A stretch of DNA of 64,000 nt from Macrostomum lignano (Eukaryota). The stretch lies in assembly GCA_002269645.1 (NCBI GenBank), contig NIVC01003894.1:1-64000 (forward strand), in the 5' to 3' direction. The notes under the pieces were generated by a model. That model did not search any database. It saw only the letters and a program-made list of their open reading frames with translations, and was not told where the DNA came from. Position numbers and translations under genes: made by a program. Shown here piece after piece: positions 11,560-22,489 of the stretch (position 1 is its first letter; each line of letters opens with the position of its first letter).

Positions 11560-12003
11560 ATGACTGCACAGTCTGCTTATCTGACAACTTCGGCATCACA
11601 TCAAGTGGTGGCCCTGAAAAGGGCCGTTGTTGCGTTCAGAAGGCCGGACGAACCAGCAAAGCAGCTCGGCTCTTACACCACCGACTCCGCTGGCGGCGCC
11701 TCCACATCTTCTACCGCAGTCGACGCTCCAGGCGCGCCCGACCTGCAGCAGTTGCGCCGACAACAACGACAGCAACGGCAACATTGGCACAGCAGCAGCA
11801 GCAGCACCAGCACTCCCAGCACAGCGAGAAGGACGAGCGTGATCGCCCACCGCCTGTCGCCAAGGTCCCAATCATCTTGGGACCGCTTTGCTAAGTCGCC
11901 TAGCAAAAACCGAAAGTTCTTCCTTGTGCTCATGATGAATCGAATTTACTTGATTATTAACCGTCAGTCAAAAAATCGCTTAACTCGCCTTGCTCCATTT
12001 TAA
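11560..12003 (+). CDS. Possible second small accessory ORF (S/T/Q/R-rich)
   Basis: 147-aa ATG ORF in a GC-rich island inside the AT-rich 3' region. Overlapping ORFs in other frames make the true frame uncertain. Confidence 0.3.
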   Translation: MTAQSAYLTTSASHQVVALKRAVVAFRRPDEPAKQLGSYTTDSAGGASTSSTAVDAPGAPDLQQLRRQQRQQRQHWHSSSSSTSTPSTARRTSVIAHRLSPRSQSSWDRFAKSPSKNRKFFLVLMMNRIYLIINRQSKNRLTRLAPF

Positions 12004-12575
12004 AGCCTTGTGTTATATACCCCCTTTGGACTGTACAATTTTTCCTAGAATTTTTATCTTTTTCGTTTCCCCAGTTAAAATTTTAACCTCTACTTTGTAC
12101 ATGATTTATTAGCTGAGCGGTTCCTCGCTAACCCCCCCCCAACTTTCGATGTACAATGATTTTTATTACCCTCCTTTTAACTCACCGCGTTTTCACTTTA
12201 AGCTTGCGTCGCTAAACCTCCATTTTGCTCTGTACACCCATTTTATCGATTTTTTGGTTACCCTCGCTGCGTTTTATTCCATCCTTGCTTAGCTAGTTTA
12301 GCTTAGCCTAACTAAAGGCCCTCTGCGCTATCCCTTCTTTCGCTATTTAAACTGATGTTGTACTTTAACCTATGTTACCTTGCTTAAATTGGTTCCCTTT
12401 TACTCAAACATTTTTGCTAACATTATTCACTGCGAACTATTTTTTCTGCGACAACTTTTCTCGTTCACTACAATGCGTTATCTTTTTCTGCAATTTTATC
12501 AATTTTAACCCCCTACTATTCTTTTTCTGTTTTTATGCGCTCGGAGGGCCTCGCTTCCCCGAAAAATAGAGCGAA

Positions 12576-13093
12576 TGAAGTGATACATTTTGGCTCTAGA
12601 AAGCTCCCATCCAGATTGAATGTATTTTAACCAATGAATGCGCTCCAAATAGCAAAAGCTGAGGACACGACCCCAACCTCAACCAATGAAAAGCAGTTAT
12701 GTACCATCCAATGCGATCAAGACTGAAAAGTACTATAAAAGCTCATGTTAACCAAGCAAGAAGCTCCCCCTTTTTTCTGCTCGCTCCGCCTCTCCACGCC
12801 CTTGCCTCTCCTTCGCCATTCTCCTAGCTTACCTCGTTTGACTATTTTGATTGACACAGTTAGGGTCTCAACCCAAACACCAAAACTTATAAGTCGACTT
12901 ACTAAAGCCAAACCAACACCCAATCCACGTTTCACAATAGACTGAACCTTCGGTTCATCCGAACAACTAGAAACACCTTGTGACTTAAATCGAACGAGCT
13001 TCTTATTTGGAATTCCACCTTAGACATTATATTTTGTGAGAAAACATCTCGAGATTGTGACCATCAAATACAACGGTCTGTAAGTTACCATCA
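12576..13093 (+). repeat. Putative 3' LTR
   Basis: Purine-rich gaaaaatagagcgaa (12561-12575) followed by TGAAG; three CCAAT boxes; TATAAAAG at ~12735; ends ...TTACCATCA. Ends are uncertain by ~15 bp because no second LTR is available for comparison. Confidence 0.55.
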
Positions 13094-14672
13094 AGTGTTT
13101 GCATCATCAGGAAAAGTCAGTTGAATCCGCCGCCTCAGTTATTTGGCTCTCACATTGATATTTGAAGTAGAACAAGAGCCATAGAAGTGAGAGACCAGAA
13201 GAAGAACAATAACATATATTTTAAAATATTTCAATTGCTTCAGAAAAAAGTCAAAATGAAAAAGGATAAACTTTAAAGACTATTTAAAATTTAAAATATA
13301 CTAAAATAGAACTCTTTAAAATCAACTAAAGATTAGTAAAATGTTGTTTTATCAGGTGCTGTTTTGTTACAAGATTTCAAAGTACAATTTAGGAACTAGA
13401 ACTAAAAAACCACATTGTCATCCTTAATCTGTCAATTGCACTGTGCATATACTACAAAACATAGCTACCACACTAGCTAAGTAGTGGGCCATATTGCGGA
13501 TTGTGTTATATATATGCCAGAAAGTATCTGGCTATCTAGTAAATTTGTATGCCAATAAAATATGCCAATTAAGCCCTCTAGTAAATTGTATACCAATAAA
13601 AATGCATGATTAATAAGTACAAAAACTATGTAACAAGCAATGCTTAGCATGCCAAAAATAAAATTATTGTAAAAAATAAAATAGAAAACGTGTATCATTT
13701 AAAAAAACGAGAATAATTAATAAAACAAAATATTTATGTCTTTTACTAATTAAGGCATAGTTCCTTATAGAAAATTTAGAATATTGTTTGAAAATTCAAT
13801 TTAATGTCATAATTTTGCAAATTAGTTGTGCTAGTGTATACTTCTGTTAACTATTCTTTGTGCCTGAAAAAATGCTTACGATTCATACACATAAAAAAGC
13901 CAATTAATAACCATGTTAAATTTGTGCGCAAACTAGAAACTAATTTTAGCCTTGTTTTACTATGCAAAATATTATCGATAAATATTTTTTGTTATAAACA
14001 TAGCCATCTAGACAGTATATATACGAGCCAATTTTTGCCCAAATATACCCTACTTGCTAAACTCACTAACTTGCTGCTTGCTCTTAGCTCGTTCATTCTA
14101 TATTCTCAGATAAACTTTGAAACCTTATTGAGTTAGTCATTTTAAGGAAAGAGGGAGTTACAGTGCTCAGAAAATTGCTAAGAGAAAGGATTGGGGAAAT
14201 ATACAATTGAAATTCAGAGTAATTGCCGAGACCCTCTAGTCCAGGTAACGCCCAAGAGAGACTGAAGAGACTGAAGAGAAAGAGAGTAAAAATACATCCA
14301 TACTAGTGCTAGACTGCTCAGGCCAAATGATATATTAGATGCTACCAGAATTATACATTAAATGCTACCCTAGAATATATGGGATTCTAAGAAACAAGTA
14401 GGAATTTAAAGGAGAAGAAATACACCCATGACAACTTGTTGGCAATTAGTGGGATAGTTAGAGGACAGAGGTTAGCCCTAGGACATAATTTTTGTGCACC
14501 AAATTGTTTAGCATAATTTATGCAATGATTTCATATATTTCAATGCTTTTGTATGCTGCGCCAAAAGCTTGAACAAGTATAGCTAAGAATTGTAAACAAA
14601 TGATTGTGCATGGTGGTTGTATTTCCTACGTTTACACTAGATGTATGCCAGACAAAGCATTTATATGCCATA

Positions 14673-14970
14673 CATACATGCGCAACCTCCAAAATTCGTT
14701 CGGCCGTGCGACTTAGTTTTAACAAAAATGCGACGTAGTTTTTGGCCAAAAATGCGACTTACATGTAAAAAAACCCTAAAGCAAATTTAACGCAACTTTG
14801 GGTAAACGGCAGGAGTAACTATGACTGCCTTATTAAGCCAAAATGCCTCGTCAGCTACTTAGTACTACTTCTTGGTTATTTTTTTGGGATGGCATTTTTG
14901 CGACTTTCTTGGTTGGCTGCCAAATTGGTCGGCCGAATCGGCCGACTTGGCCGACTGTTGCGCATGTATG
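14673..14970. mobile_element. MITE family A copy 1 (hAT/P-like, 8-bp TSD)
   Basis: Perfect 14-bp TIR catacatgcgcaac/gttgcgcatgtatg; TSD atgccata on both sides; homologous copy at 27808. Confidence 0.9.
14800..14863 (+). other. 28S rRNA-derived fragment (H69-H71, R2/I-PpoI target region) inside MITE; not an rRNA gene
   Basis: GGGTAAACGGCAGGAGTAACTATGACTGCCTTATTAAGCCAAAATGCCTCGTCAGCTACTTAGT aligns with conserved LSU GGGTAAACGGCGGGAGTAACTATGACTCTCTTAAGGTAGCCAAATGCCTCGTCATCTAATTAGT. Confidence 0.88.
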
Positions 14971-15793
14971 ATGCCATATATATGCCAGCTAAAGCATTTG
15001 TACACTAGATGTACACCAGCTAAAGACTAAGTATTTGTATGCTAGAATTTTTTGGCATATATTACACTTTCTGCAATATGGGTTGTGGGTTTAAATATAC
15101 AAACTGCAAATATATGTATGGTAGTCAATGACAAATTTTTAAAAAGCGACAATTGCCAAAGTGGTGTATTTGCAATTATAAATAATAAGTAGCCGATCTT
15201 TTTAGCAAACTAGCCAAAAAACATCTATGTAAACTAAAAATTCACTTTCACAGAAGCTTCTTTTTCTAAAACTTCTTTTAACAAAATGGGCTACATCCTT
15301 CTATACATAGCATACATTATTAAGAATTTAATTTAAATCTGAAATTCATTTTTATATACATTATTCTACCTTGACTTTTGCCTTTTCATTGCTTGTATAT
15401 TTTTAATCTTATTATTAAAATAGGATGATATAGGTATAATGATTTTAATTTCTTAATAAAAAAATCCATATGCTAAAAATGGTCTGTCGGTATATGTGTG
15501 AGTAGATATTGATTTTAGAAAAATGGCTCAATCAATTTTCTTTGAACTTGCACCATTTTATCAGAAATTTTTTACTTATCTTGCTTATAATTTTATTTGG
15601 CTTTGCTTTACCTTGGTATTCGTACAAAAATTATGGAACAAATTTGTCATTAGATGCCAATGGCAATTGGTTGGCACAAGAATTGTACCACAAATAATTG
15701 TTCGAGTGAGGATGGTAACAAAATACATGTGATTGTAAGCCAAGTCAAGTGTGATGACTTCATCTTCATATTATTACAATGTCAGTAATTTAC

Positions 15794-16501
15794 CTTGAAA
15801 TCCAGCAATGACAGACATGTTCGTAGGTGTAGATAGAAATGGTGAAAATGATTTTGCTCTTTGACGAGTAAGAGCAACTTGGACACCATAATCCAATTTT
15901 ACATGCTTGGGTGGAGGCAAAAAAGGAATCGGGCTTTTAGAAAAGGGAGTAGGGATCGAAGCTACCTTTGCCAATGAAAAATTAGCTGTTATAGCAGCTC
16001 TTCGGCACACACTCATTGCTTTAAACAGAGAAACAGACTTAAAATGCTAATGAATTAGTGTTTCACCGAAATTTGGGTTTTGCTTTCGCTAAGTGAAATT
16101 TAGCTGTAAACAAGTGTATAATTATATATTAGAAGTCTTCTGTAGTTTAAGATTGAAATTAAAACCTTTAGTAAATACAATATTATTTGTAATACGAAAC
16201 GTATAAATAAAACCTTACTCCCATAATCATTTAATAATAAGAAAATATCAACAACTTAGTCTTAGAAAAAAGAACTTTGTTTTAAACACTGCATTAATAA
16301 ACTCGCGTTGATCATGCAGATCATGCCCTGGGGACATACACCTACTCAAGTACAAGGACCATTGTAGTATTAAAAGTACAGTGGTCCTTGGCAAAAAAAC
16401 ATGTACTAAACAATCCTACCTTTCTTGTAACAGCATGTGCTCAGGAGTCGGCGAAATGGGAATGTTCGCATTAGTGGGACTGTGTCGTCTAGAGCATTGC
16501 T
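15794..16501 (-). CDS. Two candidate orphan exons (16420-16501, 15794-16018)
   Basis: AG/GT-bounded, phase-compatible and open when joined (SNALDDTV...KK-AMSVCRRAA...GFQ). No recognisable homology. Confidence 0.25.
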
Positions 16502-17202
16502 CTAAAGTCGCCCACAACCATGCGGTAATTAATATTGTTACCGTTTACTATTGTTTCTTTCATAATTATTATAACTTCGTCTCACATGATTTTTTAAGTA
16601 TACGGACTTCATAAAATTAATGCTTAAATACAACAAGGAACACAAAACAAAAACCAGTACATAAAAAATTATATAACGTTATAAAAAGAAATAGATAAAG
16701 GAGAATAGCGGTTGGCCAATTGATTATATTTATAATGCAATTAATTGTTAAAGTAAGTAACGTTTTAAATATTAGTACAAATCATTCAAGTACGCCTTCC
16801 CTTACTTTAAAAAAATAGAAAATAAAATTACTATAAAATATGAATGCAGTGCAGAACCATAGCAACGTGAATGTCAGAGACTAAATAAATGCATATTAAT
16901 AGTTCAACAGAAGACATGCAGTACATAATTCAGTGCATACCAATAGCATGCAAGACATAAATATTAGTGTGCAGCGTAAGTACTTTTTGTTGAGCTGTGC
17001 CTGAAGTACCAATGTAGCAAGTGAGACAGCACCGCATTATTTACAATCAAGTTACATATTGTTGGATTCACTCGTAGAAATAAAAAAGTAAATAACCGAG
17101 AAGCCATGCAAAACTGCCTACTTATTATCAATACAAGAGACACGGTTTTAGAAAGTTTTTTTAACTAAACCGGAAACAGAGCGGGCTGAGCAACTCCCAA
17201 CA

Positions 17203-17649
17203 TCACTTTGCGGCGGCACGGCGTCCCCTGCGCAGCGGCCTCTGGCGCTGCTGCCCGTCGCGGAAGCCCTGCAGCGTTGGCGGCAGCCCGGCGCCGTCGA
17301 CAACGCTGCTGCGCGGCTCAAAGACGTCGTCGCCAGCGGCGCAAGACTCCACCTTGACGTCGACAACAACTTCGCGTCGGGCGCGGCGCTTTGGCGGAGC
17401 CGCCGTTGAAGCAGCCGCCGCAGCCAGCGAAGCGGCTGGTGCAGGCGCCCGTTTGGCGGCACCGCGTTTGGCTCGGCCAGCCGCAGCGCCTCCAGCAGCG
17501 GCGCTCGACGGTCGAGGCGGCGTTCGCGTAAGACGCGGACGACTCGAGAACGGGTCCTCGGCCGGCGGCTCCTTGGCGGCTTTGGCGGCTGAGTTACGCC
17601 GCTTAACGGCGGATTTAGCAGCTTGCGGCTTGGCTTCTGGTTGCGGCTC
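17203..17649 (-). CDS. Shugoshin-like gene, exon 3 (basic, A/P/R-rich)
   Basis: Acceptor ttgtcAG at 17650; open frame EPQPEAKP...RPLRRGRRAAAK-stop. Not in the ORF track because it has no start codon. Confidence 0.7.
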   Translation of the reverse strand, partial: EPQPEAKPQAAKSAVKRRNSAAKAAKEPPAEDPFSSRPRLTRTPPRPSSAAAGGAAAGRAKRGAAKRAPAPAASLAAAAASTAAPPKRRARREVVVDVKVESCAAGDDVFEPRSSVVDGAGLPPTLQGFRDGQQRQRPLRRGRRAAAK

Positions 17650-17934
17650 CTGACAAAAAGGAATTCAAGTATTTACAGTAGCTCAATAGCCGCAGGTACT
17701 TCAAGATCACTAACATTCAATAACCTTCTGACGATAGGTTACCAGGCTGACAATAAAACCGAAAAAAATTGATGCGATGGAACTGTTCGACAATCTTCTT
17801 TGCTCCATAAGGATCGACAAGGCGCTGCTTTCGACATCAAGCCACAAAAATTTTAAAGAAAATCACTTCTAGAAATAACTTTGGGCTACGAATAAATCGC
17901 GAATTCAAACAAAATAAAAAACGACCAGCAGCAC

Positions 17935-18427
17935 CTGTCTTCTCTGTTTCGGTGGCCCCGGTTTTGACGGCTTCTGTTCCGGCAGCTCCGGTTTCGGCAG
18001 CTCCGGTTTCGGCAGCTCCGGTTTCGGCAGCTCCGGTTTCGGCAGCTCCGGTTTCGGCGGCTCCGGTTTCGGTAGCTCCGGTTTCGGCAGCTCCGGTTTC
18101 GGCGGCTCCGGTTTCGGTAGCTCCGGTTTCGGCAGCTCCGGTTTCGACGGCTCCGGTTTCGACGCCGGCTGCGCAGCAAACAGCGACGCCTCGGCTGACG
18201 GTCCTGACGACGCCGCAGCCGCAGCTGCCGTCTGCTGGCTGCAGGCCGAGGTAAAGTTGAGCGGCCGCAGGGGGCTGCGGCGGATCAGGTCTCGCTGTGA
18301 GAACGGATCCGTGTAGGCCGTGAGCAACACGCTGAGCTGCTCACCGATGGTGGCCACCGAGGCTTCCAGTGGTCGTTCGTACTCGGACTCGACAGTGGCC
18401 AACAGCTTCTGGCTGGCTGTGACCGAC
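17935..18427 (-). CDS. Shugoshin-like gene, exon 2 with 12 KPE(L/P)P repeats
   Basis: Acceptor gcgcAG at 18428 and donor GT at 17934; phases match exons 1 and 3; 15-nt coding repeat at ~17978-18157. Confidence 0.75.
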
Positions 18428-18666
18428 CTGCGCCAGGCGGGTAGTGGGGCAGTGGAACTGGTAAAGATGAAGCTGTATTAGCAAGGGCATGGGAATCTGG
18501 GAGGGTGGCGGTGGCCCAGCAACTGAGGTGACCACGAGAGAAGTAGAAGCAAGATAGTTTGCTTTCACAAGCTACAAATTTCACATTGTCGAAAAGTCCG
18601 GGCTGGTTACTTTCACTAGAGCGGTTGTGAAACGCCTCAAAGGATGAGGAGCAGCGGGTTGCCCAC

Positions 18667-19058
18667 CTGTACAGGCAGTCCAGAGCGCGCACATTGTGAG
18701 AGTGCAGCTCATAGAGGGAGCCGCCGAGCAGCTGCTGCTGCCCCCCGGCGCCCTCCTTCAGCGCAGTCACTTGCTGCTGGAGCCGCAGGTTCTCCGCCTG
18801 CAGCTGGCGAACCTGCTGGTTGAGCTGCGCGATCTCCGCCAGGTGGCAGCCGCGCTCTTGGGCCAGGGCCCGGTTGTTCTCCCGCAGGCTGCGCACCACG
18901 CACTGGCTCAGGCAGCGGGGCGCCCGCCGGCCAACCGCCGCCAAGGCAGTCAGCGCCGACTTGCGCAGCGCCGGGCGAAGGGCGTGACGACGAGCCTGCG
19001 TTTGCTGCGGCGCTGGCGTGGCCTGGGAAGGCGGCTTTGTCATGGAGATCTGGAGCAT
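18667..19058 (-). CDS. Shugoshin-like gene, exon 1 (N-terminal coiled coil)
   Basis: RSLRENNRALAQERGCHLAEIAQLNQQVRQLQAENLRL fits the N-x2-LA-x-E...QL...EN-x2-L pattern of shugoshin N-terminal coiled coils; donor AG/GTGGG at 18666. A canonical C-terminal SGO motif was not found, so identity is tentative (gene model ~443 aa). Confidence 0.5.
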
Positions 19059-19076
19059 GGATTCGGGACTGGGAAT

Positions 19077-21060
19077 GTAGCAGGCTGGTACTGTGAATGC
19101 AGCAGGCTGGTACTGTGAATGCAGCAGGCTGGTACTGTGAATGCAGCAGGCTGGTACTGTGAATGCAGCAGGCTGGTACTGTGAATGCAGCAGGCTGGTA
19201 CTGTGAATGCAGCAGGCTGGTACTGTGAATGCAGCAGGCTGGTACTGTGAATGTAGCAGGCTGGTACTGTGAATGCAGCAGGCTGGTACTGTGAATGCAG
19301 CAGGCTGGTACTATGAATGCAGCAGGCTGGTACTGTGAATGCAGCAGGCTGGTACTGTGAATGCAGCAGGCTGGTACTGTGAATGTAGCAGGCTGGTACT
19401 GTGAATGACTATGAATGCAGCAGGCTGGTACTGTGAATGACTATGAATGCAGCAGGCTGGTACTGTGAATGACTATGAATGCAGCAGGCTGGTACTGTGA
19501 ATGACTATGAATGCAGCAGGCTGGTACTGTGAATGACTATGAATGCAGCAGGCTGGTACTGTGAATGCAGCAGGCTGGTACTGTGAATGCAGCAGGCTGG
19601 TACTGTGAATGTAGCAGGTTGGTACTGTGAATGTAGCAGGCTGGTACTGTGAATGACTATGAATGCAGCAGGCTGGTACTGTGAATGCAGCAGGCTGGTA
19701 CTGTGAATGCAGCAGGCTGGTACTGTGAATGCAGCAGGCTGGTACTGTGAATGTAGCAGGCTGGTACTGTGAATGACTATGAATGCAGCAGGCTGGTACT
19801 GTGAATGACTATGAATGCAGCAGGCTGGTACTGTGAATGACTATGAATGCAGCAGGCTGGTACTGTGAATGCAGCAGGCTGGTACTGTGAATGCAGCAGG
19901 CTGGTACTGTGAATGTAGCAGGTTGGTACTGTGAATGTAGCAGGCTGGTACTGTGAATGACTATGAATGCAGCAGGCTGGTACTCTGAATGCAGCAGGCT
20001 GGTACTGTGAATGCAGCAGGCTGGTACTGTGAATGCAGCAGGCTGGTACTGTGAATGTAGCAGGCTGGTACTGTGAATGACTATGAATGCAGCAGGCTGG
20101 TACTGTGAATGACTATGAATGCAGCAGGCTGGTACTGTGAATGACTATGAATGCAGCAGGCTGGTACTGTGAATGCAGCAGGCTGGTACTGTGAATGCAG
20201 CAGGCTGGTACTGTGAATGTAGCAGGTTGGTACTGTGAATGTAGCAGGCTGGTACTGTGAATGTAGCAGGTTGGTACTGCGAATGACTATGAATGCAGCA
20301 GGCTGGTACTGTGAATGCAGCAGGCTGGTACTGTGAATGTAGCAGGCTGGTACTGTGAATGTAGCAGGCTGGTACTGTGAATGCAGCAGGCTGGTACTGT
20401 GAATGCAGCAGGCTGGTACTGTGAATGTAGCAGGCTGGTACTGTGAATGTAGCAGGTTGGTACTGCGAATGACTATGAATGCAGCAGGCTGGTACTGTGA
20501 ATGCAGCAGGCTGGTACTGTGAATGCAGCAGGCTGGTACTGTGAATGCAGCAGGCTGGTACTGTGAATGTAGCAGGCTGGTACTGTGAATGACTATGAAT
20601 GCAGCAGGCTGGTACTGTGAATGACTATGAATGCAGCAGGCTGGTACTGTGAATGACTATGAATGCAGCAGGCTGGTACTGTGAATGCAGCAGGCTGGTA
20701 CTGTGAATGCAGCAGGCTGGTACTGTGAATGTAGCAGGTTGGTACTGTGAATGTAGCAGGCTGGTACTGTGAATGTAGCAGGTTGGTACTGCGAATGACT
20801 ATGAATGCAGCAGGCTGGTACTGTGAATGCAGCAGGCTGGTACTGTGAATGTAGCAGGCTGGTACTGTGAATGTAGCAGGCTGGTACTGTGAATGCAGCA
20901 GGCTGGTACTGTGAATGCAGCAGGCTGGTACTGTGAATGTAGCAGGCTGGTACTGTGAATGTAGCAGGTTGGTACTGCGAATGACTATGAATGCAGCAGG
21001 CTGGTACTGTGAATGCAGCAGGCTGGTACTGTGAATGCAGCAGGCTGGTTCTCTGAATGT
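19077..21060. repeat. 22-bp minisatellite (tactgtgaatgcagcaggctgg) with 32-bp variants
   Basis: About 2 kb of tandem units; some carry a gactatgaat insert. Confidence 0.97.
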
Positions 21061-21068
21061 TGAATGTT

Positions 21069-21510
21069 AGACTAAGGACTGTGAATTCTGCAGACTAAGG
21101 ACTGTGAATTCTGCAGACTAAGGACTGTGAATTCTGCAGACTAAGGACTGTGAATTCTGCAGACTAAGGACTGTGAATTCTGCAGACTAAGGACTGTGAA
21201 TTCTGCAGACTAAGGACTGTGAATTCTGCAGACTAAGGACTGTGAATTCTGCAGACTAAGGACTGTGAATTCTGCAGACTAAGGACTGTGAATTCTGCAG
21301 ACTAAGGACTGTGAATTCTGCAGACTAAGGACTGTGAATTCTGCAGACTAAGGACTATGAATGCTGCAGACTGCCTATGTGAATGCGGCAGACTAAGGAC
21401 TATGAATGCTGCAGACTGCCTACGTGAATGCGGCATACTGAGGACAGTGAATGCTTCAGATTGGGGACAGTAAATGCAGCAGACTGGTCATGTGAATACT
21501 ACAGACTGAG
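21069..21510. repeat. 23-bp minisatellite (agactaaggactgtgaattctgc), ~13 copies plus degenerate tail
   Basis: Directly visible; shares the actgtgaat core with the adjacent array. Confidence 0.95.
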
Positions 21511-22102
21511 AATGGTTTAGCACTTGTCGATGTAATAAATCTTCGGAACTCCTCCTATACTCTTACTAAAGCAGTTACAAAATAAGCAACGAAGAAAGGC
21601 TGAGGCTGTGCAGGACAGCAGCGCTTGGAAAGCAAAACGCAGCGCGGCAAAAAGCATGTTATTAAGGTTTTCGTACATTCGCAGGAGTTCTAATTATTCA
21701 GACCACAAATTATTTGAACACCAAAGCATATCAGTAGAAAGGCATAACTAGCAGTATTAATAATGTAGGGCCCATGTAGTTGGGGTGAATTAGCTGGAAT
21801 ACAAGCCGCAAAGTGAGTGGTACAGGAAAACCGCATAAGTCTTATTATTCAATTAGGCGCAGTTGGTTCACAGCTGGGCAAAACTGTCAGAGGACTCCAG
21901 GGGGATTAACAGAATCGTGAGAGATTGCGGGCAACTCTACAGCCGAGTCCGTTTGCTGCTCCGAGCCTACGAACCAGCGCTTGCTATTGCGGTAAACAGA
22001 AAATCCACTACTGCAGGATATACATTGTACGAAATAAAGAGACGCTACCCGAACTTTCAACTGGTTGAGTTGGTAACCATGGTGACAGAGTACAGCAGTT
22101 AT

Positions 22103-22456
22103 CTAGTTGTAAGTCATGTACTTGGGCGTGGCGGAGAACTTGGCGTACGCCTTGATCACTTTGTTGACGGCCTCGAGGAAGTCCTTCTCAGTGGCCATCT
22201 TGCGCCTGGCGCGGATGGCGAACATGCCGGCCTCGGTGCACACGGACCGGATCTCTGCACCGGTGCTGTTGGGCGTCAGCCGGGCCAGCAGCTCATACCG
22301 GATGTCCTTCTCCACGGACATGGCGCGCGCGTGGATGCGGAAGATGTTGGTGCGGCCCTCCATGTCCGGCAGGCTGAACTCCACCTTCCGGTCCAGCCGG
22401 CCTGGCCGGACCAGCGCCGGGTCCAGCGTGTCCGGCCGGTTCGTGGCCATCAGCAC
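22103..22456 (-). CDS. PSMC2: 26S proteasome regulatory ATPase Rpt1, exon 3
   Basis: [27 protein letters not shown]...[10 protein letters not shown]; acceptor ccgcAG at 22457. Confidence 0.97.
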   Translation of the reverse strand: MLMATNRPDTLDPALVRPGRLDRKVEFSLPDMEGRTNIFRIHARAMSVEKDIRYELLARLTPNSTGAEIRSVCTEAGMFAIRARRKMATEKDFLEAVNKVIKAYAKFSATPKYMTYN

Positions 22457-22489
22457 CTGCGGGGCGGAGGGTCCACAGGTACACCTGCT

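Larger units (their letters stand above)
1..13093 (+). mobile_element. Ty3/Gypsy-type LTR retrotransposon/endogenous virus with env-like gene (5' end outside window)
   Basis: Two CCHC knuckles, then protease DSG, RT YLDD, RNase H and integrase in Ty3/Gypsy PR-RT-RH-IN order. Putative PPT and 3' LTR at 12.56-13.1 kb. No matching 5' LTR found in 1-1400. Confidence 0.92.

Noticed and set aside
14800-14863. rRNA gene
   Set aside because: Only 64 nt match 28S, the match is embedded in a TIR/TSD-bounded MITE, and no flanking rRNA sequence is present.
15509-15732. Hydrophobic plus-strand mini-ORFs
   Set aside because: Short and AT-rich with no joinable partner exons or recognisable motif.
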